Shown here: one piece after another, positions 59,697-64,000 of the stretch
How positions within the stretch are numbered: position 1 is the stretch's first letter
Layout: the number at the start of each line of letters is the position of its first letter
Assembly (NCBI GenBank): GCA_965222155.1
Contig: CBDCTH010000012.1
Location: 3,232,001-3,296,000 of the forward strand
From: Gammaproteobacteria bacterium
GTDB lineage: Bacteria > Pseudomonadota > Gammaproteobacteria > Eutrophobiales > Eutrophobiaceae
Length of the DNA: 64,000 bases
Reading direction: 5' to 3'
The notes under the pieces: generated by a model
What the model was told of the DNA's origin: nothing
The model's input: only the letters and a program-made list of their open reading frames with translations
Database searches by the model: none
Program-made: the position numbers and the translations under genes

Positions 59697-60497
59697 ATGG
59701 CAGAGATTCGCACCGAAACCATTGCCGTTCTGGGAGGCCTGCTGAATATCAGGGTAGACGTGGCAGGTACGGGTAAACCGCTGGTTTTTTTACATTCTGC
59801 CGGTGGTTTGCAATGGGACCCGTTTCTCGAAGGGCTGGCTGAGAGATACACGGTTTATGCGCCTTATTTCCCCGGCACCTTCCCCGGTGAGCCGAATGAC
59901 ATAGAACACATCGAAGACATGTGGGATGCCGTACTGGCTTATGACGACGTGCTGACCGGCCTCGGTATCGATTCGACCCTGCTCATAGGCCATTCTTTCG
60001 GCGGTATGCTGGCCGCTGAACTGGCGGCCCTGAGACCCGAGCGAATAACAAAACTGGTGTTGATCGCACCGATCGGACTCTGGCACAAAGACTCGCCCTA
60101 TACCGTTGCCGACTGGACTGCCAAAGACGCCGAAGGATTGGCCGCCGTGCTGTTCCACAATACCGATTCCGAACTGGTCAAGGCCGCGTTGACCCCGCCC
60201 GAGGATGAAGACATAGCCGCCGAGGGTCTGGTGCAGTTCCTCTGGACCCTGGGTTGCACCGCCAAGGTGATCTGGCCCATCCCGGACAAGGGATTGAAGA
60301 AACGCATCCACAGGATCAGCGCGCCGGCGCTGGTAATATGGGGTGAGAATGACGCGTTAATCCCGCCCGCTTATGCCGGTATCTTTATAGACTCCCTGAA
60401 ACAGGCCGAACTCTGCATGATCCCCGATTGCGGTCACGTGCCGCCCCTGGAACAACTGGACGCGCTCAACTCTGCGGTGGAACAATTCCTAGGCTGA
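59697..60497 (+). CDS. Alpha/beta hydrolase
   Basis: LVFLH, GHSFGG, WGENDALIP, CGH.P. Confidence 0.92.
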   Translation: MAEIRTETIAVLGGLLNIRVDVAGTGKPLVFLHSAGGLQWDPFLEGLAERYTVYAPYFPGTFPGEPNDIEHIEDMWDAVLAYDDVLTGLGIDSTLLIGHSFGGMLAAELAALRPERITKLVLIAPIGLWHKDSPYTVADWTAKDAEGLAAVLFHNTDSELVKAALTPPEDEDIAAEGLVQFLWTLGCTAKVIWPIPDKGLKKRIHRISAPALVIWGENDALIPPAYAGIFIDSLKQAELCMIPDCGHVPPLEQLDALNSAVEQFLG

Positions 60498-60498
60498 C
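60434..60498 (+). repeat. 3' end of the hydrolase gene, duplicated at 62844-62907
   Basis: CAACTGGACGCGCTCAAC..GCGGTGGA..AATT.CT.GGCTGAC in both copies. Confidence 0.85.
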
Positions 60499-60586
60499 AT
60501 ATAAAGCGTTTTTTCTGAGAACACACTCTTTAGAGCATACTACTGTACTCACAGCATTTCTATGGCATACACGATAAAATAGCATT

Positions 60587-61882
60587 ATGGCGAAGATAGA
60601 AGGTTTCAGAGTAAAAAACTTCAAGACCTTGAAGGACATCACGCTGGGCAGGTTATGGAAGCAGCGACAAAATGAGGCGCTCACACCCATGACGGCAGTG
60701 ATAGGTAAAAATGGAGTGGGGAAAAGTGCCCTTTTTGATGCTTTCGGTTTCCTGGCTGATGCACTGAAGCTTGGTGTCGAGGAGGCTTGTGATGCTCGCG
60801 AAAGGGGAGGCTTTGTGAGGATAAGATCACAGGCAGTGACAGGGCCAATTGAATTTGAAATATATTACAGGGAACATGGAAATGCACGCCCTATAACCTA
60901 TGAGGTAGCTATTGATATTGATGGGTCAGGGCGTCCTTTCGTGAGACAAGAGCGTCTCAGGCAAAAACGGTTTCGCCAGAAACAGGGATGGCCATTTTCT
61001 TTCCTTATACTTGAAGGTGGGAAAGGCGTGGCGTGGAAGGGAGATGAGACTGGGCGTCAGATCGATGAAGCAAGAGAGCAACTCGATATTAATGAGTTCT
61101 TACGGATTTTGTTGTCGGAAGAGCCCAAAGAGACCGAGTTTGTCGAGTTGGAGGATCGGCGGAGGCTAGGTATAGCCACTCTCGGATCATTGAAACAACA
61201 CCCGAGAATCTCAGCATTTCGCAGGTTCATAGAGGGGTGGCATCTCAGTTACTTCACGCCGGATGCCGCGCGAGGACTTCCTCTGGCCGGTCCACAGAAA
61301 CATCTCAACGTTCATGGAGATAATCTCGGCAATGTCGTTCAATACATGGAGCGAGAACATCCCGGACGTTTACGGACTGTCTTGAATGCAATAGCCGAGA
61401 AGATACCAGGCATTAACATGATCGATACGGAAAGAACCAATGACGGGCGATTATTGCTCAAGTTCAACGACAAGGGTTTTCAGGACCCATTTTACGCGCA
61501 GCAGATGTCGGATGGGACGCTGAAGGTATTCGCGTACCTGCTGCTTCTGGAGGATCCGGACCCGCCCCCGTTTCTCTGCATCGAAGAACCGGAAAATGGA
61601 TTGTACCACAAACTTTTGGAAACCCTGACCGAGGAATTCAGAACGCATGCCAGTGGGTCCAAAGGCGGCTCCCAAGTGTTTGTCACGACCCATCAGCCGT
61701 ACTTTGTCGATGCGCTAACTCCTGACGAGGTATGGGTCCTGGAAAAAGGTGAAGATGGCTTTTCAACAATACGCCGTGCGAGTTCGGATCCGATCGTGAA
61801 AAACATGGCAGATGAGGGGTTGCCACTGGGGGGACTCTGGTACAGCGATTACCTGGACTCGAGGTCAATGAATGCACTTTGA
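60587..61882 (+). CDS. ABC-type ATPase (AAA_21/AbiEii-like)
   Basis: IGKNGVGKS, MSDGT signature, IEEPENGL, TTH. Confidence 0.9.
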   Translation: MAKIEGFRVKNFKTLKDITLGRLWKQRQNEALTPMTAVIGKNGVGKSALFDAFGFLADALKLGVEEACDARERGGFVRIRSQAVTGPIEFEIYYREHGNARPITYEVAIDIDGSGRPFVRQERLRQKRFRQKQGWPFSFLILEGGKGVAWKGDETGRQIDEAREQLDINEFLRILLSEEPKETEFVELEDRRRLGIATLGSLKQHPRISAFRRFIEGWHLSYFTPDAARGLPLAGPQKHLNVHGDNLGNVVQYMEREHPGRLRTVLNAIAEKIPGINMIDTERTNDGRLLLKFNDKGFQDPFYAQQMSDGTLKVFAYLLLLEDPDPPPFLCIEEPENGLYHKLLETLTEEFRTHASGSKGGSQVFVTTHQPYFVDALTPDEVWVLEKGEDGFSTIRRASSDPIVKNMADEGLPLGGLWYSDYLDSRSMNAL

Positions 61883-62531
61883 AATACTCGTAGAAGATCA
61901 ATCCGGCAAAAAAGCGCTTGATGTTTTGATCCCGAAAATCATTGGTGATCAACATACTTTCAAAGTTATTGCGCATAGCGGGATTGGTCATATTCCCAAA
62001 AATCTTAAACATATCAAGAATATCAGTACTCGTCTTTTACTAAATAAGCTCCCGATGTTGCTGAATGCTTATGGAAAAACATTTTTCAGTTATCCTGACA
62101 GTTACTCGGCGTCAGTGGTAGTGGTCTGTGATCTTGATGATAAATGTTTAAAGGCATTTCGTAGGGAACTGTTTGACGTTTTGGACGCATGCAGTCCACA
62201 ACCGAAAACGCGGTTTTGTATAGCCATAGAAGAAGGCGAAGCATGGTTTTTGGGTGATCTGGCGGCGATAAAAGCAGCTTATCCAAAAGTCAAAGATAAT
62301 GTGCTGAATGGTTATATCAACGGTTCAATTTGCGGAACTTGGGAACTCCTGGCTGATGCAATATATCCAGGAGGCTCAAGCAGTCTTAATAAAAAGGGAT
62401 GGCAGGGAATCGGTAGAGAAAAATCGATCTGGTCTGAAAATATTACTCCACACATGGATGTAGAAAAAAACGCATCTCCCAGTTTCTGCTATTTCCGGGG
62501 GAAGGTCCGAGAACTTGCTGAGCTAGGATAG
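61872..62531 (+). CDS. DUF4276-like (TOPRIM-type) protein coupled to the ATPase
   Basis: ILVED.S, VVCDLD, IEEGEAWFLGD, N.SPSF; 11-bp overlap with the ATPase. Confidence 0.75.
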   Translation: MHFEILVEDQSGKKALDVLIPKIIGDQHTFKVIAHSGIGHIPKNLKHIKNISTRLLLNKLPMLLNAYGKTFFSYPDSYSASVVVVCDLDDKCLKAFRRELFDVLDACSPQPKTRFCIAIEEGEAWFLGDLAAIKAAYPKVKDNVLNGYINGSICGTWELLADAIYPGGSSSLNKKGWQGIGREKSIWSENITPHMDVEKNASPSFCYFRGKVRELAELG

Positions 62532-62824
62532 GGTCAGACCTGCTTAACTATTTGTTTCAGCTCAGTTTATGTGCCATATATGCCGGTTATTTCCCCTTAA
62601 AACATCCTTTTTGCTCTCAAAATCGAGATTGTAAGATCCTCATGCCTGTTTGACGGAATTACTCTCCTGAATCTCTGTGGTCTGCTTGCTCAGCGTCTGA
62701 TACTTCCTCCTTAAAGTCCTATTTTGGGGTATGAAAATCGCCGTTTAAGCCTATGATTACATGCCTATTGCTACAGTTTACCTGTATTATCAGTAACTTC
62801 CGTCAGGCTGGACTGGTCTGACCC
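62531..62824. repeat. AT-rich segment bounded by inverted repeats GGGTCAGACC/GGTCTGACCC
   Basis: Perfect 10-bp inverted repeat about 290 bp apart. Confidence 0.5.
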
Positions 62825-62843
62825 GATTCCCGCGATTCCCGAC

Positions 62844-62907
62844 TCACGTCCCGCGACTGGACAACTGGACGCGCTCAACACAGCGGTGGATAAATTTCTC
62901 GGCTGAC
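62844..62907 (+). repeat. Second, diverged copy of the hydrolase 3' end
   Basis: Encodes QLDALNTAVDKFLG* versus QLDALNSAVEQFLG*. Confidence 0.85.
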
Positions 62908-62914
62908 CCCTCTA

Positions 62915-64000
62915 CTACCAAAGGCTGGCGCGCAGGTCCACGCTCAGCCGGCGTGGTTGCCCAAGCGTTCCGATCACAGGGTCGAAATTCGGCGCCGGGG
63001 TGCCAGGCACGGCATCGCCGGGCCAGACCGACCCGTCCACGTAATAATCCTCATCAAAGATGTTTTCCACGTTGAAGCCCAAAGTCCAGATCTTGCCGAT
63101 GCCGATGGCGATTCGGGCGTTGACAACGTCCCAGCCCGGGTTCTTGGCCGTATTTTCCATATTGAACCAGAACGGGCCTTTACCAAGCCAGTCCAGCCGG
63201 CCCGTGATGGTCATGTTGTTTGAAATCGGGCGCTCATATTGACCGGATAAGGTGTAGCTGTACTTGTTAATCCAGGGTGGAAAATTATCGTTCCCTAACG
63301 GAGTACGCACACTGTTGACATTGATCACAGTGCTGCCCTCCTTGAACTCGGCATCAACCCAGCCGGCGCCACCGGTCACCGTGAGATGCTCATCAACCAG
63401 CCAGCGAAAGTCAAATTCCATGCCGTATTGGGTTGAATCTCCGGCATTAAGAATGTTCTCTACAATGCCGCCGATGGCGATCTGCTGCTGAATCTCAAAT
63501 TGCCGGTCCTTGTAATCAATATAGAATCCGGCCATGTTTACGGCCAGGCTGCCGTCCAGAAGACTCGTCTTCAGGCCAAGCTCATAACTGCTTGCTTCCT
63601 CTTCGGAGAAAGCGTTCAGCAAAGGTGTGCCAAACGGATCGTAAAGATTGTAGCCCCCCGGCTCATAACCCTTGGCAAAGGTGAAGTAAGCCATGTTACC
63701 GTTATCAAAAGTATAGGAAAGCGAAATTTTGGGCAGAAATTCCGTATCACTCTGGTCGAGGTACGGAACCCCAGTGCCGTATAATCCGGCATTGCGGTCG
63801 AGGGTGTCTGACGACCAGTAATCCGCGCGCAGCCCGAGCCCCAGTTCCCAATGCTCCAGTAAAGTGTAATTCACCGAAACAAAAGCGCCGATATGTTCGA
63901 TTTCCCGATACCTGTTCTCAAAAGGAAAATAAATCCGCACCCCCTGTTCCTGCGCGAGGGTTGGCGGCACGGACATATCCCCCAGCACTGTATCCAGGAT
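62915..64000 (-). CDS. TonB-dependent receptor (5' part outside the window)
   Basis: GLRAD, KGYEPGGYN, SYELGLKT, NVENIFDEDY, GQPR, terminal Trp. Confidence 0.9.
   Translation of the reverse strand: MLDTVLGDMSVPPTLAQEQGVRIYFPFENRYREIEHIGAFVSVNYTLLEHWELGLGLRADYWSSDTLDRNAGLYGTGVPYLDQSDTEFLPKISLSYTFDNGNMAYFTFAKGYEPGGYNLYDPFGTPLLNAFSEEEASSYELGLKTSLLDGSLAVNMAGFYIDYKDRQFEIQQQIAIGGIVENILNAGDSTQYGMEFDFRWLVDEHLTVTGGAGWVDAEFKEGSTVINVNSVRTPLGNDNFPPWINKYSYTLSGQYERPISNNMTITGRLDWLGKGPFWFNMENTAKNPGWDVVNARIAIGIGKIWTLGFNVENIFDEDYYVDGSVWPGDAVPGTPAPNFDPVIGTLGQPRRLSVDLRASLW

Overview
A 64 kb window from a GC-rich bacterium, most likely a gammaproteobacterium (inferred from the mnmG-rsmG-parA-parB operon and TonB-dependent receptors). 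Layout: (1) 0-16 kb, a catabolic cluster with a TRAP permease, CoA-transferase, LeuCD-like hydro-lyase, cyclic amidohydrolase, GntR regulator, hydantoinase/oxoprolinase A+B and an MFS transporter, several of them disrupted. (2) 16-23 kb, mnmG-rsmG-parA-parB and an acyl-CoA ligase. (3) 23-50.7 kb, an accessory block between ~150-bp direct repeats. It holds IS and toxin-antitoxin debris, a res-yhcG-mod-gajA-gajB defence operon, and a TetR-linked module (split Mo-hydroxylase, quinohemoprotein, TonB receptor, three Rid proteins). (4) 51-64 kb, radical SAM, Fic, a second catabolic cluster, and an ABC-ATPase/DUF4276-like cassette inserted at a duplicated gene end. The most unusual signal is a nested set of small non-autonomous elements. 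One is a 72-bp four-hairpin family with covarying stems and a 2-bp target duplication. Another is a CTAG-targeting MITE, one copy of which sits in codon 3-4 of mnmG and supplies a replacement ATG. A third is a ~175-bp inverted-repeat element, one copy of which is interrupted by that MITE. No rRNA, tRNA or CRISPR array was seen. All family assignments come from motif recognition by eye; no database searches were run.
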